Source: Paraspadella gotoi
Taxonomy: Eukaryota; Animalia; Chaetognatha
Assembly: GCA_051294375.1 (NCBI GenBank)
Contig: CM119267.1
Location: 15,478,105 to 15,542,104 of the forward strand
Length of the DNA stretch: 64,000 nt
Direction of reading: 5' to 3'
A model generated the notes under the pieces. It did no database searches. It was not told the DNA's origin and worked only from the letters and a program-made list of their open reading frames with translations. This document shows, in pieces, positions 23,866 to 39,048 of the stretch. Positions within the stretch are counted from its first letter, which is position 1. Each line of letters opens with the position of its first letter. Made by a program: the position numbers and the translations under genes.

Positions 23866-25687
23866 TCACTTTCTCAGATCGACTATATCTATGGGCATTG
23901 AGCTCTCGAGGCGCACGTGACTAGAATCCTTATAGAGCGGCGGTTCCTTGGGATGCGGATGAAAACCTGATTTTCGGCAGGTGGCGATGGCGTTGAGGCC
24001 GAACTCGGGCGTCAACGAGAAGATCCCAGTCTCCTTGTGTTTGGGGGAGCAAACAATAGCGACGGCCTCGGGGAGCATAAGTTGGTAGGCGCAGTGGGTG
24101 TGGAGATCCACTGAAACAAGGATTTTTCGAAAATTGTAAAGAAAAAAGAAGAAAAAGTATCTTTCTTCATTATCTCACCTGACGACATAAAAGCAGTTTG
24201 AGAAGGATGCGTATGAATCCAGCCGAGGGTAATGAGATCGTGATGATCCTGAAAGTCGAAGATGGCCTCTTCGTCCTCGGTGGTGCAGGAGTCCGAGGTG
24301 CCCGTCTGACGCGGCACCACCACGTGAGTGATGGTGAATTTGTTTCGCTCAAGCTGCCCAGCCAAAATTCCGCAGGTCTCCACGTTGCGGTTAGTATTGG
24401 ATTGGGCCAAATCCAGAAAGCGACCCATTAGCGAAGAGGGAATGTACACCTCTCTCATGCCTTTGGTTAAGGGGGGAATTGGGAAGAAAGAAATAAATAG
24501 TTATAAAAATGATATTAATGATCTTACCTAAGCTAGTATATTGAACAATCTATAATTAAAACAATGTATATTTTCCATATTACTTTTATTCGAACAAAAA
24601 TATTTTTCACCGATGGATTTCATTTTTGATGAGGCGTTCCAATCTTGGTAATCTCCAAGAATAGGTTTGTTAGTCCGGTTAATCTCCGGCGGACCCGGCT
24701 TAAGTTCTCTCGAGGGAATCTCGGGGCGTTGGGTTTTGTTCTCGCCAGAACTCCAAAGATCGTTGGCGATGTAACTGGGCGGCGGCTCACGACTCGATTG
24801 ACGAGAGACGGCGAAATTGTTGGGGGATTCGATTGAGGGATGAGGGTAGAGTTTTCCCTTCGTATCCGAGAATTGAGAAGCCTGAAATTTGTAAAAAAAA
24901 ATCACTTAAAACGAAAAAGCGAAGCTAACGATTTGAAATCTTACCGTCTGACTTCCGTCCGGCGTCAATGTCGCCGGAGACACCGACGAACTTTCCGGCG
25001 ACGAATCCGTGACAGAAGTGTCGTGAAGTGAGAGTTCTCCTAGATGGCGCTGGAGGTTCGAGTTGGCCGCCATCTTTTGACGCTCTTTCTCTTGCAATGC
25101 CAAATATAATTCTGCATCGACGTTGGACGTTGATTCGTCCTCGGCGTCGCGTTGCATAAATCCTCCGACTGCGGCGGCCGCGGTGACTTCGGCAGCGCGC
25201 TTTTCGAACTCTCGCGCCTTCGCCTCCTCTTCCTCCTTTTTCATTTCTAAATACTTTTTAAACTCCTGAAAAATATGTTGAATTTGTACGTTCTAATCGG
25301 GGAAGTTCTTTTTAATTTTCCTTATAAACAAACCTGCTCGTATCTGGAATTGAGCTGCTTTTTTATTTGCTCGGCCAAGGGAAACACGGAGAGCAACTTC
25401 TTCTTAACTTTAGCCTTCTCTTCTGCTCCGGCGGTCTTGTACTCGGGATGATTGGGCAACTTCTCGACGAAAAGAGTGATAAATTTAGAGTAGAGAATAA
25501 AGGCTGACTCGAGGCTGCCCTCCTCGTGGTAAACGGTCCCCATCCGCAGAATCTCCATTCCGGATCTGAAGTAGCGCCGAATGGGAATTGATTCATCAAC
25601 TTCGATTTGCGAACCGTATTCGCAGAGGCCCCGCACGCGGGCCGACGGCTCTCGCACAGCTATGTCGCCGCGCGGACTGCACGCCAT
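23866..25687 (-). CDS. STAMBP: STAM-binding protein (AMSH) JAMM deubiquitinase, 5 exons
   Basis: MIT/USP8-dimerisation N-terminus ([10 protein letters not shown]...[15 protein letters not shown]). JAMM domain [29 protein letters not shown]. Confidence 0.96.
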
Positions 25688-25720
25688 TGCTTTTTAAACG
25701 GAATTAAGAGTAAGATGATC

Positions 25721-25942
25721 CTATTGCGCCGGAGTGTACAACGCGTGCAGCAACTTGGAAGGAGGAAATTCTTTCCAACGATAACCAGACTCGTTTTCTT
25801 TGTCACAGGACGTTCGATACGGCGACAGAGTCAAGTTTAATTTTGGGTAGGTCGGTTTATCAGGGACGCTTTCAACTTGCTCTATCTTATTAGAAGCAGG
25901 TTTAGACTCGAGCTTCCTTTTCAATGAAAGTTTTGGAGGCAT
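25721..25942 (-). CDS. Candidate 73-aa basic small ORF, or an alternative first exon of STAMBP
   Basis: ATG directly preceded by AG. Co-oriented with the cluster and fills the ETNPPL-STAMBP gap. No recognisable homology. Confidence 0.4.
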   Translation of the reverse strand: MPPKLSLKRKLESKPASNKIEQVESVPDKPTYPKLNLTLSPYRTSCDKENESGYRWKEFPPSKLLHALYTPAQ

Positions 25943-26158
25943 CTTTGTACATCATTTTTTTAACGAGAATGAAAACTATTCAACAGATCAATGGATATGT
26001 CTATCAGGCAAAAATTATCATAACGCTTTAAAAAACATCCCGAAAAATGTAACGATTTTTATTCGTTAAATCATTTAGCAATAAAAAAAAATAACAACGA
26101 TGAGATCGATCAAGATAATTTGAAAATTCGATATACTAAAAAGCTTTATGAAAGTGTT

Positions 26159-28418
<2,260 letters not shown>

Positions 28419-28956
28419 TTCGATGTCTAGTTTTGTCTCAGTGGTCTCTGGCGGGGCATAGAAGAGGATGAAGACGGGAATGCTTTTTTCAATCTCATGG
28501 TATTAGATCTCTCGAACGCTAGATAAACAACGAAAATTCTAATGAGCGGGAAAAAAATAACAAAACCACGGCAACGTATAAATACTACGATTAAAAAAGT
28601 TCGTCAAAAAAATTAACAACCATCCATAATAAAAAATCTATGCATTCACGAACACTATAATAAGATCTAAATCGAAATCACATGACACATTATCAGATGA
28701 AAATATAATCGATGAAAAGAGGAAGAAATTATTTTTGTAAGTTAAAACATCGGGTATCAAGGCACGCGGCGAATAACTGGGAGATTCTTGTTAAAGTGAC
28801 GGCCAGAATAAAATGAACGGATTATCTAATAAAAACTAAAAAAAAATACCTCGGAATGTTCCATGAGAACAAATTGACTACTTTCCACGAGGTTTTATAA
28901 AAAAGTTCTCCCTCAGATCCAGGTAAACTTAATTGTTAGAGGAAGACTGATTTTCA

Positions 28957-31900
28957 TTAAACTTGGGTGACGGCGGAGGACGAGGAGGATTCCATGCTCG
29001 AAGTGGTTCCCGTGGAACAACGAGACTCATTTCTTAATTCGAGAACGCGGGGATTTGATTTAGGAAGTAAAAGAAACTCCTTTTGGTCAGGAGCTTCTTT
29101 GGCGAGTGCCTCAATAGGGTAACACTAAATATAAAAACATTTTAAAAAAGTAATAAAGGCGATTCACACAAAAAAACGACTTGTTGACTCACCTGCTCTT
29201 TTTCCTCGGCAGCCTCCATGACACCCAGTTCATTGAGCTTGGTGAGTTCGTCCGCCCGTTTCCGGTCAGCAACAATATGACTGGAGGTGAAAAGAAACAG
29301 AACGCCCCCCAAAACGCAGACCAACACGGTCGAGTAGAGAGAATTTTGGAGCGAGATGAAATCAGAATGGACGGTGTTTTCCGTCTGAGGGAGCAAAAGG
29401 AAAAGTTTCAAGAACGGACAAAAAAGTTTAGAGGCAGTTAATATTCTCACATTTTAACCTTATAAATATTTGTATGAACATAAAATATGGTTCTACACTA
29501 ATAAATGACCTTGTTTTTGAGCGAATCGGACATTACTCCAATAAGATATGGCGAACCCGCGTCTCCGAAGAGATGCGAAACGAGTATCTGGAAGGCTTCG
29601 GCAGTGGAACGTCGAGTCGGAATTACCACATAAAAAAGAATGTCAGCGACTACCGCCCAGTTCAGGCAAAGAAAGACCTGAAGTCGGATAGTTTTATGTT
29701 TAATATTAATCTGCAGACACCAATAATGAAAAACGAATTGTTCTACCATGATGGAAAAAAAAAATTATCGCTGTTACTTTCCAGCTATTTTTCGGCATTT
29801 TAATATAAGAATCAAAAAATAAAATTTTGGCTTCTTATGATTCATATGAGCTGTGTCTCATTTATGTACGACAAAAGATACAAGAGTTCCATGCAAAAGA
29901 AAATGAGTTGTCCAAAAAAAATACTTTTCTTTTTTATATTTACACTTTTCATTTATATTAATTTCCGGTTCTTTTTTTTATAGTTAAACCATTATTATTA
30001 AAAATCCCTACCTTTTTTCAGTCTCATGTCAAATGGTTATTGCATCATCTCCATTAGGATAAATTCAAGGATGAATCTTAATTCATATGTCAAAAAAAGA
30101 GTAATGTTGGACATAATATTAAAAATAATATTAAAAATACATTGATGCTGTAGATGCTCCAGAATATTTTTTTATATTATAAAGAATTAATAAAAGTTAT
30201 AAGGCTCCGGGTAATCTTTCTGTGAGCAAAGTTATCATTTTTATTTACCTCTTCATGTATTATCAGAACAAAGTATCAAAGAAGTCCAAAAAAATCAAAA
30301 ATTTTGTTGAAGGGAAAAACAACGCATTATCATATTAAGCAGCAGCAACTCAATCCTTTTCACTGCTTGCCAAAAACCATTTTTTGCCCAAAATCTGCTA
30401 AAAAATATTATGTCAGAGATATAATATTAATAATAATATGAATAGTCCCTTTGATCAAAACGAGGTGAAAACAGTTAGAGACAACCTCTTTTGGAAGTAA
30501 TTATATGCAATAAATAATTTTATGCTGTTGAGAAATTATATTTTTATTTAATCCTAAAGAAGTCATATTACATATTAAAACTTATTTAATGGCCAAAAAA
30601 TATATTTGACAATGAAATTAACCGATTTATCCAAACCGCGACCATTTTTTTCCCATCATGGTAGCAATTAGTCAATTTAATTTATGATTAATTTTACATT
30701 TTACTCTGTACCTCCGCAATAGCGATGAGAACCCAGAAAACGACGACTTGATGTTCAGCGATGAGGATGGCGGACAACATGAAGGGTGCGCAGATGAGAA
30801 GACCAATGGCGCAGACGATGGGGTCCGCCGCCTGATTGCCACGCCTCTTCCAACGCTTGGCCCATTCGGCGCCGGAAATGACTCCGGTTATGCCAGACGC
30901 AACGGTGATGGCACCGAAAATGACGCTAACGTCATTGCTCTCCTCACCGCGCGATTCGTAGGCCAACTAAAAAAGGACGAGAAGTAGATAGGGAAATTGC
31001 ATCTCCCTCGACAAGTGCCTTTTTATATTAGGATCCCTTTTCAATACATTCTCCACCCACCCTCGTCAAGTGCGGCGTCCAGTAGGCCAACGCACCAGCA
31101 ACAAAGGACACGGCGGTGAGTCCCCAAGTGGACAGCATGTACGACTTGTTGCGCGCCAGCGCGGCGATATCCTTTGACCAAGATGAAGACGCATGCAAGT
31201 GACGCCCACCGTCAGAGGCGCCGCGCGGCGGATCACGGACGAAAAAGAGCAGAAGGATGACGCTAATGAGGCCCAGCGCGGGCGTCACGCGTAACGCCCA
31301 TTGCCAAGAACCAAACGCGTCCTTGACGTGGGAGCCTTTGATTTGGAAGGTTTTGATTAGTGAAGTGTTTGAGAAGTAAAACGCGTTATATCGCTAACTG
31401 AAGCGACCTATGATATAGCCGAGTCCGCTGCCGACGGGAATGGCGAAATAAAAAGCGGTCAGCATATTCGTGCGTAACTGATTGGAAAAAAGATCTGCAA
31501 TGATCGTGGGCGCCACCGTCGAGTACGACGCTTCCCCGACTCCGACGAGACCTCGAACAACGACGAAGGCCCAAAACAGGTGGCGCGGAACAAAGGATCC
31601 CAACAGAGTCATTCCTAATTTTGAAAAGGAAGCATGTAGTCTCAGCCTGTACACTCATGTACAGGAAGTATACGCAGAAAACAGCGAGAAGCTAATACAA
31701 ATTTTTTACATGAATTGTCGCTTACCTGACCAAAATGATATGCCAATCACAAGAATCACAATGCGGTTATAACGGTCTCCGCAATAACCGAAAACGGGAG
31801 CAAGAAACATATAGGCAACAATAAAGACCGTCTGATAAAAAAAAATATATAAACATTACAAACCATTTATCATATCAAATTAAGGAGATAATACTTTAAC

Positions 31901-32400
31901 CATACTTGCAAAAGACCGGCGCTTTTGTTAGAAATGTGGTAATAATCTATAATTTCCTTGAGAACTCCGGCCGTAGTGTAGCGGTCTATGTAATTTATGA
32001 GATTAATAAAAAATAGAAGTACAACGACGAAGACACTGTTGAAGTTTAGTTCGGACACAGTGGAAGACGGAAGAGGCGACGACCCCGCAGGTTGAGGGTC
32101 CCTGCGATCGGAATCCTCTAACTCAAGGACGGGTATGATGGCCCCCGAATCGGGATCCACCATAAGCGTCTCAGTAGTCGTCGGCACCATCTCTTTCATT
32201 TGCATATCTCCGTTGGCGATGTTGTGGCTAGTCCACGGATCGTAATTCTCATTGAAAAGGACGTCCGCATGGACGGCGTCAAAATCTGAACGGGACGTCG
32301 GCTGCACCACCACCGACGCCGATGAAGGTCGATGAGAAATGTCATGAGCGGCATCGTCTGCTTCCTCGTAGGGTACGCTCAGATACGGACCGCTTTTCAT
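28957..32400 (-). CDS. SPNS1: Spinster-family MFS lysosomal transporter, 8 exons
   Basis: [73 protein letters not shown]. Confidence 0.95.
29746..30661. mobile_element. Non-autonomous TIR element with TA flanks in a SPNS intron
   Basis: Left end ta-CCATGATGGAAAAAAAA; right end TTTTTTTCCCATCATGG-ta. AT-rich interior with no ORF. Confidence 0.75.
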
Positions 32401-32506
32401 TATTCTGTTTTAAACCAACATCGAGTTCGACATCTACGAATGCATACAACAAAATTGACTAAAAATTAGGGAATTTGTAATTATTATTTATTTTCCTAAA
32501 GTCAAT

Positions 32507-33229
32507 TTACAGCTTCGACAAAATGGCTTTTACAACGTCCGAAACTATTCCCTCGGTATCGACGGCGATGTGGTTGGCATTAATTTGTTCGTCCGCGTTC
32601 TCCACGTTTTCGAGAATTTCGAACTGGGAGGACAAGAGCCCAGGAGGCATGAAATGACCGACGCGGGAGGTCAATCGAGCCCCGATCAGTTCTTCGTTTC
32701 CGTGTAAAAGAACGAACGTGGCCACGAACCAAGAATGATTCTCGCAGGCAACTCTATTCATAACCGACCAATTACAGAGCTCAGATTCGAAATCTCGACA
32801 CGTGGTAGGTCGATTCGAATCGTCGATGAACGGAGAACATACTCCGCAAACGATGATCGATCGGTATTTGCGTTTTAAAGCCGAACACGCCATCACCAAA
32901 TCTTCCTCGCTGACGAGTGACAAAAAAATTCACAGAATTGACACGATTCTTGAATGTTGCGATTAATTTCATTTTTAGTGAAAAAAATCGACTCATCGCT
33001 GACCGACGCCTCGACCTCACCTATCGCAAAGGATTTTGTGTAGTTTCAAGAGCCAAGGCAAACGATCATTGTCGCTTAAGGGCTCTCCGTTTTTCATTTT
33101 CTCAACGTTGGCCTTGGAATGGTGGTCGTCAGCGTCGACAAATCGACGTCCAGTTTGACGGGCCAACGTTTGACCCACGGTGGTCTTTCCGCATCCCGAG
33201 ACTCCGTAAAGTATGAGGACTTCCCGCAT
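32507..33229 (-). CDS. IDNK: Gluconokinase
   Basis: P-loop GVSGCGKTT, DADDHH, PLSDNDRLPWL, ACSALKRKYR, HFMPPGLLSSQFEILE. Confidence 0.94.
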
Positions 33230-33389
33230 TCTGAACCAGTGCGACAAAAGGAACTCGTCTACTCTTAATTTAGAAAATCATCCACTGCGCTACCCAAATA
33301 AATTTAAAAGACAATATCCCACAAATTTCATTGAAACATATATTCACGAAAACAATGACTAGAATTCGACAGACACTAGAAGAGAAATA

Positions 33390-35024
33390 TTATGACTCAC
33401 GCGCCAAACGTTCAAAAAGCGCGTCTCTCTCGTCTCTCAAAGTCTTCAAAAAGGTTTCAACTCGCTCGATTCGCTGTCGACGGCACTGCTCAGTAAAGAG
33501 ACGAAGAACTTCTGGTGGCGGGCGGGCGTCTGGATCTGCGCCTTCGGGCGGAAGATTTTGGCGAAAGAGTCTCAACGCAGCCGACTCGTCTTCCTCCTTT
33601 GCGTCTTGTTCCAGACGTCGGCGAGTGTCCTCTTTAGCTTCCTCGATGGTGGTTAAATGGCGCTGGTTGTTTAAAATGGTTATATATTCATTTATTGGTT
33701 TAATCAATTCAAAATATATTAATAATGGTTACTTTCATTCCCACCTGATACAGAAGAATAGCTTTGTAAAGATCCCAGACGCTGAAGTCAGGCCACAGGA
33801 CGTGTTGAAAAATCAAGCAACAAAAGCTAGATTCCCATAAAAGAAAATCTGAAAGTCGAATCTCGCCAGAAGTCCTAAAAAACATGACATTAAAGACTTT
33901 CAATTTATCTATTCCCAGAGGAGGATTTAGCCTGCCGTCCAATTCTCCTCTTCCTCTTCTTCTTTCCTCCTCATGCCCCTCAGTATATTTTGTCTAGCGA
34001 TACATTCTCTCGTTTTTACTCTTCGCGAAATATACCATTATTTTTTCCTCTATTTCTTCACGCCTTAAATACCCCTCAAGATTCCAATTTTGAATTTCTT
34101 TGTTCTCTAATCACTTACGAACCGCATCAATAATTCAAGATCTGACGACTGATGCGTCATCAACGCCCTCGCAATGACATCCTCATCCACGTCGTCAGGT
34201 AACAGAGTTTCACTAGCGACGGCTTTGGCGCAATGACGCACGGCTGTCGCCATGTCATTTCGAGACGTGTACGCGATACAAACGTTAAGAACGGCCCGGT
34301 CGTTGTTGCGAGTATTGACCACGACGCGAGCAAGCATGCGTTGTAAATCGTCAGGAAGGAGAGTGACGTCGCCTACATAATGGATGAAAATAGATCACAT
34401 GTTTGGTAAAGGCGACAGATAATGTACTTTTTATTTACCGATTATCCTGACACAGACACCGTACTGCATGAGCAACTCCTGTTGCCGTCCTTCTAACAAA
34501 AGCCCGAATTTTTCGCGACAGAGATCCATGAGGCAATCGACTTCTTCTCGACTTCGATTAAAATTCTCAATGCTGAAAGCGTAGCAAGTGACTTCAGAAA
34601 TGCCCATGTCTAGGCAGATCTCTAGAACTGAAGCAAGACGTTCGAAACCTGCCAAATGACCAGCCGAACGACTTACCTACAAAAAACACAGGAATATATC
34701 GTTTTTCAACTTCAAATTTTAGAAGAAGCCATTAAAAAGAACATACTTCGTTACGTTTTGCGTATCGTCTGTTTCCGTCCATGATGAAGGCCACATGTTT
34801 CGGAACTTTTCCTTTGTAAAATAATATCTTTCATAAATAAATTAATGTTAAAACAACGGGAACACGTCTTATTTACCAGCTTTCAAAATACTTCCGCAGA
34901 ACCTTTCGTACCAGGGCCTTAATTTTCGCTGATCCTTTCCGCTGAACCATTCCCTTCTCGACCCTTTCACAAATTCATCATGACTTTTCCAAGTCAATGG
35001 TTTTGAATTATAATCACTAGACAT
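33390..35024 (-). CDS. DHDDS: Dehydrodolichyl diphosphate synthase (cis-prenyltransferase), 6 exons
   Basis: PKHVAFIMDGNRRYA, YAFSIENFNRS, LNVCIAYTSR, MRTSGEIRLSDFLLWE, LWPDFS. Confidence 0.96.
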
Positions 35025-35556
35025 CCTAAAAGAAGACAAAACTGAGCTGACACCAAAAAAATGTGGTCTTATAACGGAATCAATAATTGTAATGAAAAGT
35101 ATTAACTTGATACAAAATGATAACAATACCTTTAATCTCTTCAAAATAGGCAGTCATATGAAAATCCGACTAATTTTTACATCCGAACTCTAAAATAGTA
35201 ATACTACATTACATTTATAATTTAATAAGTTGAGATGTTTTGCAATTGACAAAGCAGAGGGAAACACCCTCCTCTACTGGTTTAAAAGTAAAACCATGTT
35301 CCATTTGACATAATTCAAGAGTTTTTAAATATATAATAAATTCCTAAACCAAGAAGATATGTCTTTTTGTTTTCAAACAAATAAATTTTATGAGTTTCCA
35401 AAAGGATTTAAAAACAACTAGAACTGGCCGTATTTCTACGTTGTCAAAAAGAATTATAAAGGCTGATGGATACAGGGATTTTTTTGGTGTCAGTATCACA
35501 GGATGTCGTCATAACATCATAGAAAACAAACTTTAACACAAAATAAATCAATAAAG

Positions 35557-38001
35557 TTAATCTACATCAGGAGCAGCGTCTGGATTAAAGTCTTTTAGCA
35601 TCGCTTCGAGGTCGGTATCGTCTTGGGTGGGGGTTTTGTGTTCGACCTCTGAATTTACAATCCCTTCAAGACAACTGGGGCCAGCAACGTCCATCGACTT
35701 CGTCTGCTCTTCCGGTTTCGAGGACCGGAACTTCTCACCGAGACCTTGAAACTCTCCGGTCGTGTCTGTCCATTGAACTTCCGGTGGTGATAAATCCATG
35801 GATTTCGATGGTGATTTTACGGCGAGGTCGGCCTGTGTTTCGGGATGTGTTTCCGATGTTTCTTCAGCAGGGATCTCTTCAGGGATCTCTTCTCCTGGAT
35901 CGTTCGACTTTGGTTCACCATCTCCAACAATTGGAGTTTGCTTATCGACATCAGTTTCATGGTTAGTGGGGTCGACCTTATCGGGAATAGAGACCTCCTC
36001 GAGGGTTAACTTTGGGGACGAATCGGCATTAAGGTCCGAATTTACAGCGATATTATGGGGATTATTGACGAGGAATCCATTTATTATTACTCTATTTTTT
36101 ATTTCATCCATATCCTCCTCACGGCTTTTTTTTAGATCCTTGGGGGCTGGCATTGGCACTTGAAACGGATACACGCGGGGATGGAGAAGGTGGCTCATCA
36201 TGACGGCTCCCTCAGAACAGACTTTTCTGACGCAAGAAATCGGGTCATCTTGTCCATCTCTAAAGAGGTTGGCGACCGCAGCCAATGGAGGCGGCCATCG
36301 AGGGCTCGGACAAAGCACGAATGCCTTCATGACGTCATACATCGCAATCCGACATATATGAGTAGTGTAGGGCTTAGGAATAAGCATTTTGGTCGACTGT
36401 TTAGCACATACGGATTTCATCAGCGGCACTGAAAACTCCACCAACGTCTTGTGAAATTCCAGAGACAAATTGCGTCCTTGAGACAGAAGCAGCGTGGCTA
36501 CGGCGCCGAGTGCGGCGCAACAAATATCCTCTTTCGCCTGATAATCCATCTTTCGTTCAAAAAAGACAGAACGATAGACGTTGACGTTGGAGACACTTCC
36601 GGAATCGAGCTTCTTCCGGCGCTTAGGAGCTAAGGTATTGATACAGGTGAGCTTTTCTTTGTCAAGTTCCTCCGGACGAGAGTCTCGTATAAAATGCTCG
36701 AGAAACTTAGAGGCTGCGTCTCCTTTTATCCCAGCTTCGACCGAAGGGAAAACGGAAAACCAAGTTCGACACAATTCGTAGATGCTCACGCGAACTTTCT
36801 GAAATGTCGATTCTTGACTAAGAGTTTTTGATTCGCCGTCCTCTCTAGCTGGGGAGCAAGCGACGAGGAGCTGAAGGATCAATCGGTTGATTGCGACGCC
36901 GTGCTCGAATAATCTCCGCCCACCAATGGACACTAATTGATTCAACGTCCTCGTTGCCACGCAAAACATTTCCGGTAGCACCGCGGCGACCATGAGGCTT
37001 TGGTTTTTCGGCCGAACGACCAGTCGCGCCGGAGTGACGTTGCAAACACGAATTAGTGTCGAGATTATTCGCTTAAAAGGAACGCTGACCGTGACGCCCA
37101 GATCGTTTTCCAGCATGGCCGAAACGCAGGAGGAGAAAACGTCGAAGCGCCTAAGAAGACTGAAGTAACGAGCTTCATCCTCTGAACTGAGAAACAAGGA
37201 ACGAAGTGGTAGGGACGACCGACTTTTCGAAGCGTCGACTTCGGTTGGGGGCGGTAAAACGTCGCGGAAAATATCATCCACGATTTCATCGAGGGTGGCG
37301 CAGAGCAGCCCGAACTGGGATTCCCATGCTTCGCGGTGCCGGGCCCCGCCCGCTCCGGGGCCGCCAATTTTGGGGAGCAGAGCGAAAAATTTGGCGGCAG
37401 AAACGCGGAGAGTTTTGTCGAGGAGGGGATCGTCCAAGACGTTCAGGGCGAAGCGCTCACACTTGCCCTTTCCGACGGATCCCGCGGCGCCGGAAAAACA
37501 CCTTAGGCACTGATTCAAGAACGCCAGCGCTCCTTTCCATAAATCCTTGTCCACTAAAAACAAGGAGGTGAGCGTTTGCGGAACAAGTTCCTTAGAAGAC
37601 AACTCTTTCACCAGTTCGGGAAAAGGGGCTGAGAATTGAATAACTTCCGCTAGACATTCTAAGGCGGCGACGCGGTCTTCGACTGGGAATTCGGAAAGGG
37701 CGACGGAAGTGAGTTGGCGGAACCACAGTACAGAGTTCTGTTGGAAAATCTCGGTGCCGCATCGACGTAGCGTTTCACGAAGAAGCTTGAGACCCAACTG
37801 ACAATGTGCTTGAGTGCGGAGACAGAAGTTCACTCTCTTTATCCATCGTTCCATTGAAATACCGGATCCTCGCAAAAGAGAGTAGTGTCTACAACTGGTG
37901 ATGATCTGGTCGCCGATGAAGGGAGAAACTTTCTCCGGGTTGTCGACGAAAGCAGACTCCAAGAGTTGGAGGATATCCTCAAATTTGTCTTCGGGCAACA
38001 T
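35557..38001 (-). CDS. PELP1: PELP1/Rix1-like rixosome subunit, intronless, 814 aa
   Basis: Helical N-terminal RIX1-like region (CGTEIFQQNSVLWFRQL), conserved block PKPY...PSPRWPPPL...F..GQDDP...HLLHPR, acidic disordered C-terminus. Confidence 0.85.
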   Translation of the reverse strand: MLPEDKFEDILQLLESAFVDNPEKVSPFIGDQIITSCRHYSLLRGSGISMERWIKRVNFCLRTQAHCQLGLKLLRETLRRCGTEIFQQNSVLWFRQLTSVALSEFPVEDRVAALECLAEVIQFSAPFPELVKELSSKELVPQTLTSLFLVDKDLWKGALAFLNQCLRCFSGAAGSVGKGKCERFALNVLDDPLLDKTLRVSAAKFFALLPKIGGPGAGGARHREAWESQFGLLCATLDEIVDDIFRDVLPPPTEVDASKSRSSLPLRSLFLSSEDEARYFSLLRRFDVFSSCVSAMLENDLGVTVSVPFKRIISTLIRVCNVTPARLVVRPKNQSLMVAAVLPEMFCVATRTLNQLVSIGGRRLFEHGVAINRLILQLLVACSPAREDGESKTLSQESTFQKVRVSIYELCRTWFSVFPSVEAGIKGDAASKFLEHFIRDSRPEELDKEKLTCINTLAPKRRKKLDSGSVSNVNVYRSVFFERKMDYQAKEDICCAALGAVATLLLSQGRNLSLEFHKTLVEFSVPLMKSVCAKQSTKMLIPKPYTTHICRIAMYDVMKAFVLCPSPRWPPPLAAVANLFRDGQDDPISCVRKVCSEGAVMMSHLLHPRVYPFQVPMPAPKDLKKSREEDMDEIKNRVIINGFLVNNPHNIAVNSDLNADSSPKLTLEEVSIPDKVDPTNHETDVDKQTPIVGDGEPKSNDPGEEIPEEIPAEETSETHPETQADLAVKSPSKSMDLSPPEVQWTDTTGEFQGLGEKFRSSKPEEQTKSMDVAGPSCLEGIVNSEVEHKTPTQDDTDLEAMLKDFNPDAAPDVD

Positions 38002-38210
38002 GGTGTCTCTTTTTCAACATAAATTCCCCTAAATCCGACGAATGACGAATACGATGCACAAAGAAAAATTGGGCGAGAAATGAGGATTGAGGGAGGGAGG
38101 GACGATGGTGTTTCTACGTCTAAGTCAATCATTCGCATCAAACGAAATGAAAGCCAAGAAGCTAAAAAATTTAAAAAAAAAAATGCACAAACACGAAGGA
38201 CGACCCATTA

Positions 38211-38748
38211 TCACTGCACCAACTCCATCAAGGCATCGAAGACGCTGCCTCGATGTTCTCTGAGTTTCGTCTCAGCTACCGCCTTCGTCACCATCATCTC
38301 GTTCACGATGAGATCCACGTCGTCTTTGCAGATTTTTACTCGCGCCAGTTCTTGAGCTCGTTCCGCTTTCGTCTGACGAAACAGTCAAAAAAGATGTAAG
38401 GTTTTCACAAAACTCTACAATTGTACATAAATATTTCTGTCCGTAATGAAATTAAAGACATTGCACAAGTCTGTTCCTGCCTGTTGTTCCCTCATCGCGG
38501 TTTTCCCGACGGATTCGAGGGCATCGCCGATGGCGGAGCTGGCAATCTCCGTCTCCTCAACGTAGTCCGTTACTTTCTCCAAGTCCGCCACTCCCGCGTC
38601 GTGTTTACGGACCTAAAAAAGACGGAGACAACTGAATTCGATAGTTGAAGGCGCGCTTTTGCCTACCAAATTACCTTTGGAACATCTTCTCCGACGTGAT
38701 TGGCGTCGATTTCCGGATCAGAGTCTCCTTCGTGGTTATTAGCACTCA
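38211..38748 (-). CDS. HYPK: Huntingtin-interacting protein K, 3 exons
   Basis: RKHDAGVADLEKVTDYVEETEI...ELARVKICKDDVDLIVNEMM...LREHRGSVFDALMEL (UBA-like C-terminus). Confidence 0.93.
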
Positions 38749-39048
38749 TTTCTTGAAAAGAAGAAACAAAATTTAGCTACATTTGTTTTAAAGATAGATG
38801 AAATTTGTTATAAAAGCGGCCAAGAGGAGAAAATAAAAGCGGAGTCGGCGGAAGCCCGGTGAAACGGCACCGGTGTAATAGGATGAATGGGGGGCTATGG
38901 GAAGAGATAAATTTTAGGAAACCCAAAGTAGAATAACAATCACAGGCGCCAAAACATTGATGCTGCTGGAATTCGGAGACAAAAGAATAAACTATCACTT
39001 CATTTTTTAAAAAAAGTTCCCTTTGTACATTTTTCAGATTTTCCCCAC

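Noticed and set aside
32741-32842. Cys-rich 34-aa insertion in IDNK as a novel subdomain
   Set aside because: It is bounded by GTATGT...GAG in phase 0 and may be a stop-free intron; gluconokinases also vary in this loop. Cannot decide without cDNA.
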